Shown: positions 1 through 8,425 of the stretch, piece by piece
How positions within the stretch are numbered: the first letter of the stretch is position 1
Layout: every line of letters starts with the position of its first letter
Virus record (IMG/VR): IMGVR_UViG_3300028048_000083
Span: 59,364-123,363 of that record
Length of the DNA stretch: 64,000 nucleotides
DNA from: a virus
Lineage: Duplodnaviria > Heunggongvirae > Uroviricota > Caudoviricetes
Reading direction: 5' to 3' (one strand)
Program-made: the position numbers and the translations under genes
The notes under the pieces: generated by a model
What the model saw: only the letters and a program-made list of their open reading frames with translations
Told to the model about the DNA's origin: nothing
The model's database searches: none

Positions 1-4
1 TGTA

Positions 5-613
5 ATGGGGGTCAAGAAAAAGACCGAATGGACGGAGTATAAGATACAACAGTGTCTGAGGAAGTTTTTCCTGTCGGAGTCAACAAAACGATATGAGTTA
101 TACAACTTGTATGTTTATGATTGGGAAAGTGACTACCTGACAATAACACGGTCAGGTATTGCCTATGAATGTGAAATCAAAATATCGAAGCAGGATTTCC
201 TGAACGACTCGAAAAAACACAACAAGCACGTAATTATAGCAGAGGGCAGATTGCCAAAGGGTCGTCCGAACTATTTCTACTATGCGGTTCCAGACGGGTT
301 GATATCCGTTGAAGATGTTCCAGAGCATGCTGGGCTTGTATATGTGACACCTTACGGCATACGAATAGTTAAAGAGGCGAAAAAACTCCATGACGGGAAA
401 TTCGACTATGAAGAAACCAAGCTGATGGACAAACTCTATTACAACTATGTGCATTATCGGGATTTGTACAAGGAAAGTGATATCACAGAGATGAAGAAGG
501 AAATAAAGTGGCTGAACAGGCAGATTATGGAATACGACGATATGCTTTCGGAAAGGGTGAACGAGATAGACGAACTGAAAATAATGCTTAAAAAACACGA
601 TATAGAATGCTGA
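5..613 (+). CDS. PD-(D/E)xK nuclease-like protein with C-terminal coiled coil (partial at window edge?)
   Basis: Motif ...VYDWESD...YECEIKIS fits the D...ExK pattern of PD-(D/E)xK nucleases. Lys/Glu-rich coiled-coil tail. Start lies at the window edge. Confidence 0.35.
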   Translation: MGVKKKTEWTEYKIQQCLRKFFLSESTKRYELYNLYVYDWESDYLTITRSGIAYECEIKISKQDFLNDSKKHNKHVIIAEGRLPKGRPNYFYYAVPDGLISVEDVPEHAGLVYVTPYGIRIVKEAKKLHDGKFDYEETKLMDKLYYNYVHYRDLYKESDITEMKKEIKWLNRQIMEYDDMLSERVNEIDELKIMLKKHDIEC

Positions 614-2487
614 ACATTAAAGATATTGAGGAAAGAAACCACGCTGAACCGCCAGAAGTCAAGGAAATAAGGGATAATATTATAAATTCATTCAAACGTC
701 TGGAATTTCAGGAAGGTCCTCATAAATATTATGTGCATAATGACGATGGGAGCGTTGTGGAATTGCCTAGTGTGTCAGCAATGACTCATCAATTCAAACC
801 AGAGTTTGAGACAGACTACCAGGCTGAAAAATATGCCTTGAAACATGCAATGGAAAAAGAGGCTGTATTGCGAATGTGGGAGGAAAACAATGTAAGAGCC
901 ACGAACAATGGAACTTCGACCCATCTCTACGGCGAAGGATTTATGCATTTCTTCATGGGTCACCCAGAAAAAATATCCCCCATAGTAAAACCCCAATACG
1001 AAAAAGGGTATCTGATACCTTATTCAAATAAACAGGAAGGTGTCCTGCAGTTTTACGAAGATTTGTTCACAATCGATTCAATATATCCAGTAATGCCAGA
1101 AGCTCAGGTTTATATGGGCATCAATCCGAATTATAGCGATATAATTCCGTATGCTGGAACATTCGACATGCTGTTTACGTACAAAGCACCTGACGGCAAA
1201 TGGAAACTGTTGCTATATGACTGGAAAGGTCTTCCGTTGGATACCCCAATATTAACAACCAAAGGTTTTAAAACAATGGGTACTCTAACCATTAACGATA
1301 TTGTATACGATAAGGATGGAAATGAGACCAGAATATTGCACATATCTGATATTCATAATAACCCTTGTATGAAAATCACATTTAATGATAATTACAGCAT
1401 TGTGTGTGATATTGACCACAGATGGTTAGTTAGTTCAAAAAAATGGGATAACGACAGAGTTATGACTACCAAAGAACTTCAAGAATACCTATCTGAGATT
1501 GGTGATAAATCAAAAAACAGCTATTATGCTGTCAGAATATCTAATAATAAACCGATTAGCAACACTAATCTGATTGAACTACCTATTGACCCGTATGTGT
1601 TTGGTGTGTGGCTTGGTGATGGGCATTCAAAAGCGGGCTATATTACAAACATGTATGATGGCATTTTCAATGAGATTGAAAAACGAGGTTATAAAGTAGG
1701 TAAAAATGTAAACGACGGTGTACATTGCGGGAAAGCAAAAACTAGATGTGTTTTTGGTTTATACACTAAACTGAAAAAATTAGGCGTATGTGGAAACAAA
1801 CACATTCCAGATTGTTATATTGTAAATTCAACCTATGAGCAAAGGCTTGATTTACTTAAAGGTATAATGGATACTGATGGGTATTATAATAAAACACGAA
1901 ATCGGTTCAGTATATCAACAACTAGAGAAAGCCAAGTTGAATTTGTGTGTAAATTATTAACAAGTTTAGGAATTAAACCTACGGTAATAAAAGCAAAAGG
2001 AAAATGTAACAATTGTAAAAAGAAAAAAATATTTGATAAATTTGATGTGTGCTTTTCAACCGATATTTATCCGTTTTTGGTAAGGCGTGTTGAAATTAAA
2101 CCAAGTAAAAAAAGTTATGATACGTGCAGAATTATATCATCAATTACCGCTTGTGATAGTGTACCGACAAGATGTATTGAAGTTGACAGTCCAACTCACA
2201 CATATTTAGCAGATAAAATGCTGTTGGTTACACATAACACCAACAAGTCGTTATATAAGGATTATTCCAGGGAATTTGGCAAAATGGCTTTGGAACCTTT
2301 TGACGACCTTTACGATGAGGATTACTCGTATTATATACTCCAATTGTCATGTTATTCTCTTTGTTTAATGCAGCTTGGGTATGAGATTGCGGACAGAAAA
2401 ATAATCTGGCTTAAAGAGGATGGTTCCTATGACAAAGTAAGTGTCCCAGATTTCACCTCCAGGGTTAGGGTCGCTTTACATAAATAA
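607..2487 (+). CDS. Intein-containing PD-(D/E)xK exonuclease-like protein (YqaJ/lambda-exo-like exteins)
   Basis: 626-aa ORF. N-extein ends ...LLLYDWKG (D-x-K). C-extein carries a YYILQLSCY motif resembling the QxQ/Y motif of lambda-exonuclease/RecB-family nucleases. Central 336 aa carry Hint and LAGLIDADG motifs. Confidence 0.5.
   Translation: MLNIKDIEERNHAEPPEVKEIRDNIINSFKRLEFQEGPHKYYVHNDDGSVVELPSVSAMTHQFKPEFETDYQAEKYALKHAMEKEAVLRMWEENNVRATNNGTSTHLYGEGFMHFFMGHPEKISPIVKPQYEKGYLIPYSNKQEGVLQFYEDLFTIDSIYPVMPEAQVYMGINPNYSDIIPYAGTFDMLFTYKAPDGKWKLLLYDWKGLPLDTPILTTKGFKTMGTLTINDIVYDKDGNETRILHISDIHNNPCMKITFNDNYSIVCDIDHRWLVSSKKWDNDRVMTTKELQEYLSEIGDKSKNSYYAVRISNNKPISNTNLIELPIDPYVFGVWLGDGHSKAGYITNMYDGIFNEIEKRGYKVGKNVNDGVHCGKAKTRCVFGLYTKLKKLGVCGNKHIPDCYIVNSTYEQRLDLLKGIMDTDGYYNKTRNRFSISTTRESQVEFVCKLLTSLGIKPTVIKAKGKCNNCKKKKIFDKFDVCFSTDIYPFLVRRVEIKPSKKSYDTCRIISSITACDSVPTRCIEVDSPTHTYLADKMLLVTHNTNKSLYKDYSREFGKMALEPFDDLYDEDYSYYILQLSCYSLCLMQLGYEIADRKIIWLKEDGSYDKVSVPDFTSRVRVALHK
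1228..2238 (+). mobile_element. Intein: Hint domain with LAGLIDADG homing endonuclease
   Basis: Block A-like GLPLDTPILTTKG. LAGLIDADG motifs VFGVWLGDGHS and LLKGIMDTDGYY. Terminal ...LLVTHN followed by +1 Thr (penultimate His, terminal Asn). The N-terminal boundary is approximate because there is no Cys/Ser at position 1. Confidence 0.65.
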
Positions 2488-2493
2488 AATAAA

Positions 2494-2524
2494 AAACGCA
2501 GCCGTTATTCGACTGCGTTTTTGC
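2494..2524 (+). terminator. Rho-independent terminator
   Basis: AACGCAGCCGTTATTCGACTGCGTT hairpin followed by TTTTTG, immediately after the stop of the 607-2487 gene. An A-run upstream makes it potentially bidirectional. Confidence 0.55.
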
Positions 2525-2546
2525 TGTATTGCCCGTTTAATGGAGG

Positions 2547-3383
2547 TTAATCCTCTTCATATTGGTAAAGGTTTCCGTCCTGGTACATGAAGTACATTGA
2601 ATACCTGTTGTTTTTGCGCAACAGCCAAACGCCGTTTTCATCAGTCATTATCCTGCAGTACTTTCTGTTAACCTGGGTCTTGACCAGAATATTGTCGGAC
2701 TGGTCGGTGATTGTGAAATACGTTATGCCTGTCCTTTCGTCCCTGTAAATGGTGTACACATAAGTATCGTCGGTACTTACGGCAACGACTGTGGTCGACG
2801 GGTACTTGTTGTTCACATAGACAACCACGTCATTGAACGGATATGCCCTGACATAGCTCCAGTATCCGTACCAGTACATGTTGTAGACAACCCAGTCATG
2901 GCATGGATGGTAATGCATACGGATTGGTCTGTGATGGTGTATCGGATGATGCATCGGCGGCATGGGGTGCATTCCATGTGGTGTATGATGTACGTGCGGT
3001 CTGCCATGCGGGGCATGAGATTTGGGTGCTGTTATCGGACTGTGGTGTTCAGGACGGCTATATGAGCCATTATTTTGGCTTCTGGGCGTGTTTCTGTCTT
3101 TTCTGGTAGGATTTGTTGTCACACTATGTGAACGCTCCTCAGAGCGCCTGTTTATGGACGAATTTTGACTTGAGCGTCTGGTTGGTGTATATACTGCCCC
3201 TGTGTTGCGTGACGATGGGCTGTAGCCGTTTCTGTTAGAAGATTGTCTTGGTGAGGCTGACGAAGACCTTGAAACGGAAACAGAGCCTCTTGATGAGGAC
3301 GATGAACGTGAAGATGTGTTTCTTTGGGCAAAACACACTGTCCCCAAGATGGTCAAAATTGCCAAAAAAACTATTTTTTTCAT
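2547..3383 (-). CDS. Secreted Ser/Arg-rich and His/Pro-rich protein
   Basis: Likely start at MKKIVFLAILTILGTVCFAQ (signal peptide). Then a low-complexity S/R-rich stretch and an HxH/P-rich stretch (HAPHGRPHVHHTPHGMHPMPPMHHPIHHH). C-terminal Tyr/Trp-rich globular part. Confidence 0.5.
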   Translation of the reverse strand: MKKIVFLAILTILGTVCFAQRNTSSRSSSSSRGSVSVSRSSSASPRQSSNRNGYSPSSRNTGAVYTPTRRSSQNSSINRRSEERSHSVTTNPTRKDRNTPRSQNNGSYSRPEHHSPITAPKSHAPHGRPHVHHTPHGMHPMPPMHHPIHHHRPIRMHYHPCHDWVVYNMYWYGYWSYVRAYPFNDVVVYVNNKYPSTTVVAVSTDDTYVYTIYRDERTGITYFTITDQSDNILVKTQVNRKYCRIMTDENGVWLLRKNNRYSMYFMYQDGNLYQYEED

Positions 3384-3441
3384 ATATAATTTTAATTTAA
3401 TTTGTTTATTCTCAATTATAAATATACAACATATTATAAAG

Positions 3442-3480
3442 AAAAACCCGAAAAACATCACTATTTTTCGGGCTGTTTTC
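3442..3480 (-). terminator. Rho-independent terminator
   Basis: CCCGAAAAA...TTTTTCGGG stem flanked by A/T runs, just downstream (minus sense) of the 3558-4145 gene. Confidence 0.45.
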
Positions 3481-3557
3481 GGAAAATTACCGTATCACAC
3501 AACAGTGTCAGGTTGTGAAATGGGGGTTGTGGTTTTCTTGACCGAGGCGCAATCACC

Positions 3558-4145
3558 TCAGTCCAATAAAACGGGTGGCAGGTTAGTGTGGTAACTCCAC
3601 ATTTTCTGTGCACGTGCCTGGATTGCGCCGTACAGTGTGCAGATGGTTGAACCAGCCTTCAATGCTGCTCTGTGCAATGACAGTTCCTCGCCGATGCTTT
3701 GGACAAAGGTATCCTCTGGTGCACAAACCGCCTTTGCTGTAACCTTGAATGTCTCGCAATAATCATATTCGACACATTCACCAAGCGGCTTTATTATGGT
3801 TCTGACTGGTATGATATCCCCAACTTGGGGAAGAAATTCCGTATCCTTACCACGGACATGTTTATAATATTTCCTGTTAAAAGCCAGTACCTTAGCTGTA
3901 CCACCAGGAAGAATGTAGTATTTGGCTACCACAGGTTCATTCATCGAATAGTTTGCGTTGGTGACTGTACACACAATCGGAAGGTATGTTCCGATAACAT
4001 TTTTAATGAATGACTGGTTAAACTGGAAGAACATTTCCTCGTAATGCCTCAGATTGACTTTCACAGTCATATCACAATAGACTGTGCTGTCTTCTGTACG
4101 GAATTTGGTATTTAAGACTTTGGCGTCAAAAAAATTTTTTTTCAT
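3558..4145 (-). CDS. hypothetical protein
   Basis: 195-aa ORF co-directional with its neighbours. No recognised motif. Confidence 0.45.
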   Translation of the reverse strand: MKKNFFDAKVLNTKFRTEDSTVYCDMTVKVNLRHYEEMFFQFNQSFIKNVIGTYLPIVCTVTNANYSMNEPVVAKYYILPGGTAKVLAFNRKYYKHVRGKDTEFLPQVGDIIPVRTIIKPLGECVEYDYCETFKVTAKAVCAPEDTFVQSIGEELSLHRAALKAGSTICTLYGAIQARAQKMWSYHTNLPPVLLD

Positions 4146-4166
4146 TTTAATTTCTTTTTAATGGTG

Positions 4167-5615
4167 TTAAAGTGTCATGTCGTCTGGTATGTTTTTTGCG
4201 TATTCAGTAAGCAGCTTGCTGATAAACTGCTCAGCATTGAAGTTGCAAGCCAGGAATTTAAGCATAGTCGGGTCATAGCCACTGATGAAGATACTGCCAT
4301 TGGCATCAACACGAACCGATTGGGGTGAGGTTCTGTTTCGTGAGTTGAGATTCCACCACACGAGTTTTGTCTTGATGCCGCGTTCACGCCATCTTTTCAT
4401 GGTTTCCTTGTTGGTTTCCTGGTATCCGCCGAAGTCAAATTCCATGTCGGACAACACAATCAGATATTCAGGGTACTCGGACTTAAGACCGCTCAGTATT
4501 TTCATGACCGCAGCAAAGTCAGTGTTACTGCAGTCACCAGTATACATTGAACGGATTTCCTTGTTATACTGATGTTCGTTGAGTTGTGGCAAAGATGTAA
4601 GATAATTATAGCTATACCTAGAACTACAGGAAGATTTGTCACCAAGGGTTATGAGATGGGGTTCGGAACTGAAAGTAATAACCTGATTCGGACAGTATGT
4701 GCTTGTTTTGGCAAGATAATGACCGATAGACAAAGCCTTACCCATGGCATCATCATTAAACATTGAACTTGACGTGTCGACAATCGGAATCCAGTTGCCG
4801 CTTATTTTCTCAATCTGGGAGAATGCCAAATCAGTGTCTATAGTGTTGGCTTTACGGTAGATGTCATATACCGTTGCTGTGGAGAAATTCATTTTCTTTT
4901 CACCCTTTTTGACAGAGTCAAGGTAAGCCTGGAAGCGGTCAGCCATGTCGGTTTTCTTGGCTTTGTTGGTGCCAGCGAAACGTGCCCAATATTTCAAAAG
5001 GGCTAAAGTGGGGATTTTGTCGAATTCGATTTCATCCTGTTCGCCTTGGGAAAGTTTGCTTTCCACTGTGGGGCATTTGACGAACTTGTTGTACTCTTGT
5101 TTCGTCATGCCAAGCAAGTTACGCATATGGCAAGCCATAAGGGTACTCTTGGCGACTTTGCCGTCTTTCTTCGCGACGTAATGCGGCATCCATTTTTTGG
5201 CCAGTTCGTTTCCGCTACGGCATTGGTCAAACAGGAACTTAAGCCAGTCTTCGTTGAATTCCTGACCTTTTGGCATTTCCCAAAGGTCATCAAAACGACC
5301 AGCAAAAGCCACAGCCTCAGGCGACAAACCGCTTTGGTACATAAGTACACGACCAAGGTCACGGTATTTCATGCCATGACGGGGGTCGCGCATGAACATT
5401 GCAAACAGTTTCTCAAGGTCACTGTTGCCGATTTTGACTTCATTGAGATGTTTTTGGTAATATTCAGCCTGGAAAATCAAATCAAGCAATTGGTTACCTG
5501 TACTTTTGTGTGTAAGGTCGCCGTTTTCGGTAAGCTTGTAATTGAAAAGTTCCGAAAGCTCGCTGTTGGAATGGTTTTTAACGGCATTTGCCAAACTATT
5601 GAAATCTATCTTCAT
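4167..5615 (-). CDS. vWA-domain protein (DUF2828-like)
   Basis: 482 aa. MIDAS-like IPIVDTSSSM motif. The overall layout resembles phage DUF2828 (TROVE-like plus vWA) proteins. Confidence 0.55.
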   Translation of the reverse strand: MKIDFNSLANAVKNHSNSELSELFNYKLTENGDLTHKSTGNQLLDLIFQAEYYQKHLNEVKIGNSDLEKLFAMFMRDPRHGMKYRDLGRVLMYQSGLSPEAVAFAGRFDDLWEMPKGQEFNEDWLKFLFDQCRSGNELAKKWMPHYVAKKDGKVAKSTLMACHMRNLLGMTKQEYNKFVKCPTVESKLSQGEQDEIEFDKIPTLALLKYWARFAGTNKAKKTDMADRFQAYLDSVKKGEKKMNFSTATVYDIYRKANTIDTDLAFSQIEKISGNWIPIVDTSSSMFNDDAMGKALSIGHYLAKTSTYCPNQVITFSSEPHLITLGDKSSCSSRYSYNYLTSLPQLNEHQYNKEIRSMYTGDCSNTDFAAVMKILSGLKSEYPEYLIVLSDMEFDFGGYQETNKETMKRWRERGIKTKLVWWNLNSRNRTSPQSVRVDANGSIFISGYDPTMLKFLACNFNAEQFISKLLTEYAKNIPDDMTL

Positions 5616-5641
5616 TGTTTTTTTGTGTTGAAAATTTATGT

Positions 5642-5678
5642 TATAACCGAAATTATTCTGTTTTTTCCAGGAAAACCA
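5642..5678 (-). promoter_or_regulatory. Conserved upstream motif (class B), instance
   Basis: Plus-strand TATAACCGAAATTATTCTGTTTTTTCCAGGAAAACC, lying upstream (minus sense) of the 4167-5615 gene. Confidence 0.4.
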
Positions 5679-5730
5679 AAAATTTTTAAAGGGGATGCGA
5701 TTACACCCCCTTTAAATGTAATCAGTTGTT

Positions 5731-6204
5731 TTAGAACGGGAGGTCATCGTCCGCTGTTGATTCTGGGACAGGCTCAGGTGTCGGGGCGGCTTTCTTTGGG
5801 GCAGCCTTTTTGGGGGCGGCTTCCTGTACAGGCTCCTGTGAGGGGACTGTTTGCATAGGTGCCGTCTGTGCATCCTGTGCGTCGTCATCGCGGCGTAATC
5901 CGCCGTAATATTGGACGTCGATTGCCCTGATATCCCTGCCAATCTCGTCATGACCTGTCTTCGTACTTGTGTAGGTACGGTCAGTTGGGGTACCGACCAC
6001 ATAGACATTGCTTCCCTTCTTAAGGGACTGGCACCATTTTTGGAGACCGCTGTCCCATACAGTGATACTATACCAATAAGTCACGTTTTCTGGGTCGTTG
6101 TATTCGTGGTTTGCCAGTCTGAATGTTGTGAATTGTCTGCCACTTGAAGTCGTCTTGACTTCTGGGTCATTACCAAGATGACCTGAAACAAAAATTGTTC
6201 TCAT
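5731..6204 (-). CDS. ssb: Single-stranded DNA-binding protein
   Basis: OB-fold-like N-terminus (MRTIFVSGHLGNDPEVKTT...), Pro/Ala/Lys-rich linker, and acidic tail ending DDDLPF. Confidence 0.85.
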   Translation of the reverse strand: MRTIFVSGHLGNDPEVKTTSSGRQFTTFRLANHEYNDPENVTYWYSITVWDSGLQKWCQSLKKGSNVYVVGTPTDRTYTSTKTGHDEIGRDIRAIDVQYYGGLRRDDDAQDAQTAPMQTVPSQEPVQEAAPKKAAPKKAAPTPEPVPESTADDDLPF

Positions 6205-7090
6205 TTTGAAATTTTTTTAATTGACTTATAATTTTAATTGACTTTGTTTGAAATTAGTGACCCCGACAGGACTCGAACCTGCAAGACCTTTCGGCACCTC
6301 TTTAGGAGAGAGGGACGCTTCCAGTTACGTGCTACGAGGCCAGTATATAAATTATCTAGTGTCGGCATACTCATATTAGTTGGCAAATAAACCGATTATT
6401 TCCATACCTTTCATGTGCTTTCAATTCCGTCAGGTTCCTTTCCATGTTCGAGCTTTCTATACCATCCAAAACACTTTTCGCTAACCTTATCCAATTCCAT
6501 GTGGTAGCATCTAACATAAACCATTGCCACAATTTTACCTGGTTTGTTATCTAGTTAAATGGTAAAATTGGCGATATTTATTAGTTTATCTCAACTATTT
6601 ACTCATGCTGAATACCCAACCTTTTACAGCCAGTTGAGCTATAGCTTTGTTTTTTAGTCAAACATACTCCTACTGGGTGAGTTGGATGGTATTAATAACC
6701 ATAGGGACGTTTCTGGACTTACCAGAGGTATGATGGTGTCTACTTACTTCCATTCACCATTAGTGCAATCCGACACAATCCGTTTATGGCTTTCACCAGT
6801 TTATGTTTCCTAAATACAGTTTCCTTACTATACTAAGGTGACTCGGTCTGTGGTTCTTACGGGACTTTGTCTTTTTGGTATTTTGTCTCTTGTTTACATA
6901 TCTACCTTAAAGTGAGACTACTTTACTTTTAAATCCAATTTTTACCATTGGACTTGTCCCGTAGTATTCCCTGTTTTGATATGGACAGGGAATTACCACT
7001 CGATAACTCGTTACCTTTTCTAACCTTTAGGGTTGTAGGATAACCGACACTAGACAAATTATTTCAAAGACCTGTTATTTAAACCTGTAA
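6205..7090. other. ORF-free ~880-bp region: candidate large structured ncRNA and/or replication origin
   Basis: No ORF of 60 aa or more in any frame across 886 bp, inside an otherwise gene-dense genome. Several local hairpins, e.g. CCCTGTtttgatatggACAGGG at 6969-6990, and a long-range stem CGGGAC(6862)/GTCCCG(6955). Flanked by ssb and the tRNA-like element. Confidence 0.3.
6258..6341 (-). tRNA. tRNA-like element, possible tRNA with CCU anticodon and long variable arm
   Basis: Read on the minus strand: acceptor GGCCUCG pairs with CGGGGUC (two G-U pairs), T-arm GCAGG-UUCGAGU-CCUGU, anticodon-like stem CCUCU/AGAGG with loop CUCCUAA, variable-arm hairpin GCC-GAAA-GGU. No encoded CCA. The D-arm is non-canonical, with 4 nt between acceptor and D-stem. 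Confidence 0.4.
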
Positions 7091-7465
7091 TTATTGATTA
7101 AGTTTATCAATAATCGAGGTTACGCTTTCGTTGACATCAATTCCAGCAAACGCCAGATTGGTGATTATAACTACCGTATTTCCGTTTGAGGATTTGTATA
7201 CCCTACTGATAATGTCGCTTGGTATGGCGATTTCATCGTTGTTTGTTACGGAATGAAGTATGATGAAATTACGGCTGTCGCCTATTTTTTTGATAATGTC
7301 GCTCGTTTTTTCATTTACCTCAAAAACTGTATCTTCTTTATCTTTAAGATAGATGGTGCTGTTTTTGGTGGTGTTAGAGTGGCTTGTAAAGCACACAATT
7401 TCATCAACGTTGAAACCAATCACTTCATTGGTGTCTTTCTTGTGCAGTATAATAAATTTGCTCAT
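7091..7465 (-). CDS. hypothetical protein
   Basis: 124-aa ORF. A GTTGTATATTTG promoter-like element (TAnnTTTG) lies immediately upstream. Confidence 0.5.
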   Translation of the reverse strand: MSKFIILHKKDTNEVIGFNVDEIVCFTSHSNTTKNSTIYLKDKEDTVFEVNEKTSDIIKKIGDSRNFIILHSVTNNDEIAIPSDIISRVYKSSNGNTVVIITNLAFAGIDVNESVTSIIDKLNQ

Positions 7466-7472
7466 TGTAATT

Positions 7473-7484
7473 CAAATATACAAC
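7473..7484 (-). promoter_or_regulatory. Bacteroidota-type -7 promoter element (TAnnTTTG)
   Basis: Minus-strand GTTGTATATTTG lies about 8 nt upstream of the ATG of the 7091-7465 gene. The same GTTGTATATT core recurs upstream of other minus-strand genes. Confidence 0.45.
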
Positions 7485-7530
7485 TTTTTTTGTTACTCAC
7501 AAAAAAATTTTTGCCAAAATAATACTAAAG

Positions 7531-7794
7531 TTAATTTTTGTAGACCATAAGCGAACCGTCACGGTTATAAAGAGGTGCAAGCAGTCCGTCTGATTCGGCT
7601 CCGCGCTGTACGGAATACATCACTTTTGTCTCTCTGTGATACACAATTCGCCAGTACTGGGTTTCTTCAATCACGACAAACATAGACGATGTGTTCTCCG
7701 TTTTATTGTTTTCAGTATATTCAATTGTGCGATAAGCGGGTGTGCATGATGCTAGCATAATCAAAGCTATGAATAAAAGACAGTATTTTTTCAT
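7531..7794 (-). CDS. Putative lipoprotein
   Basis: Likely start MKKYCLLFIALIMLASC, a signal peptide with a lipobox Cys. 88 aa. Confidence 0.5.
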   Translation of the reverse strand: MKKYCLLFIALIMLASCTPAYRTIEYTENNKTENTSSMFVVIEETQYWRIVYHRETKVMYSVQRGAESDGLLAPLYNRDGSLMVYKN

Positions 7795-7810
7795 TGTTAT
7801 TTGTTGTTTA

Positions 7811-8425
7811 TTATATAACCGTTTTTGTTGACTTTTTTCTTCGTTTTTCTTGCTTTTTTTCGGGAATCCAGTTAATGTCCATGGGCCATACTTCCAAGCC
7901 AGGTTCAAATTTGATATGGAATTTTTGGCATTCGTGTTTGTCCAATGTGAATTTTTTACCTTCAAAAGGTGTAATCTGTTTCATAATGACAATACCCATT
8001 TCAATGTCATTCACTGAATATATTGTCTTTACACATTGGTATTTGATAATAATGTCTGGCGAACCGTCTTTCGGTTTGATGCGCTGGTAGTAATATCTGC
8101 CTATCTTGAATTTGGTCTTAATCCTGTTTTTGGCTCGATGTTTGGTCAGGTATTTTGTCTGATATGTATTCTTGTTATCAGACAAAGACACGTTCTCTTC
8201 GACAGGTGAGGGAACTGGTGATGTTGACATGGTCTTTTTCTTGTGTTTTTTATTGTCAGCCATTACATATGCATTATATCCACCCGTAGTGTCAATCATG
8301 ATAGGATGACCACTTGTTACATAATATTTACCTGTAGTGTCAATCATGATAGGATGACCACTTGTTGACTCCATAACATTATTGTTTAATGTGGTTACAT
8401 ACAATTTGTTACTACTTGGATTCAA
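7811..8425 (-). CDS. hypothetical protein with internal tandem peptide repeat
   Basis: 204 aa. Two exact copies of a 33-nt unit (8296-8328 and 8343-8375) in the CDS encode TSGHPIMIDTTG twice. Basic C-terminal half. Confidence 0.5.
   Translation of the reverse strand: MNPSSNKLYVTTLNNNVMESTSGHPIMIDTTGKYYVTSGHPIMIDTTGGYNAYVMADNKKHKKKTMSTSPVPSPVEENVSLSDNKNTYQTKYLTKHRAKNRIKTKFKIGRYYYQRIKPKDGSPDIIIKYQCVKTIYSVNDIEMGIVIMKQITPFEGKKFTLDKHECQKFHIKFEPGLEVWPMDINWIPEKKQEKRRKKSTKTVI

Noticed and set aside
152-598. Antisense and overlapping ORFs from the six-frame track. Examples: 152-598(-), 5046-5858(+), 8841-9326(+), 27469-27798(+), 32209-32727(+), 40445-40939(+), 52468-53205(+).
   Set aside because: Each lies entirely inside a longer ORF on the opposite strand or in another frame that has recognisable motifs or consistent operon spacing. 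They are treated as frame shadows.
6205-7090. Group I intron in the ORF-free island (GACTA and AAGCTATAGCTC strings resemble the R/S core elements)
   Set aside because: The two candidate P7 strands are only ~12 nt apart, whereas real group I cores place P8 between them. I could not trace P3, P4 or P6 by eye. I left it as a generic structured-RNA candidate instead.
6205-7090. Complete tmRNA partnered with the phage SmpB
   Set aside because: The tRNA-like acceptor pairs with a strand only ~77 nt away, giving tRNA size and not tmRNA size. I also found no short reading frame ending in a tag peptide (...ALAA stop) on either strand. A permuted or divergent tmRNA is not excluded.
8296-8375. Two exact 33-bp copies 14 bp apart as a regulatory repeat or mini CRISPR-like repeat
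   Set aside because: They are in-frame inside the 7811-8425 CDS and simply encode a duplicated peptide (TSGHPIMIDTTG).
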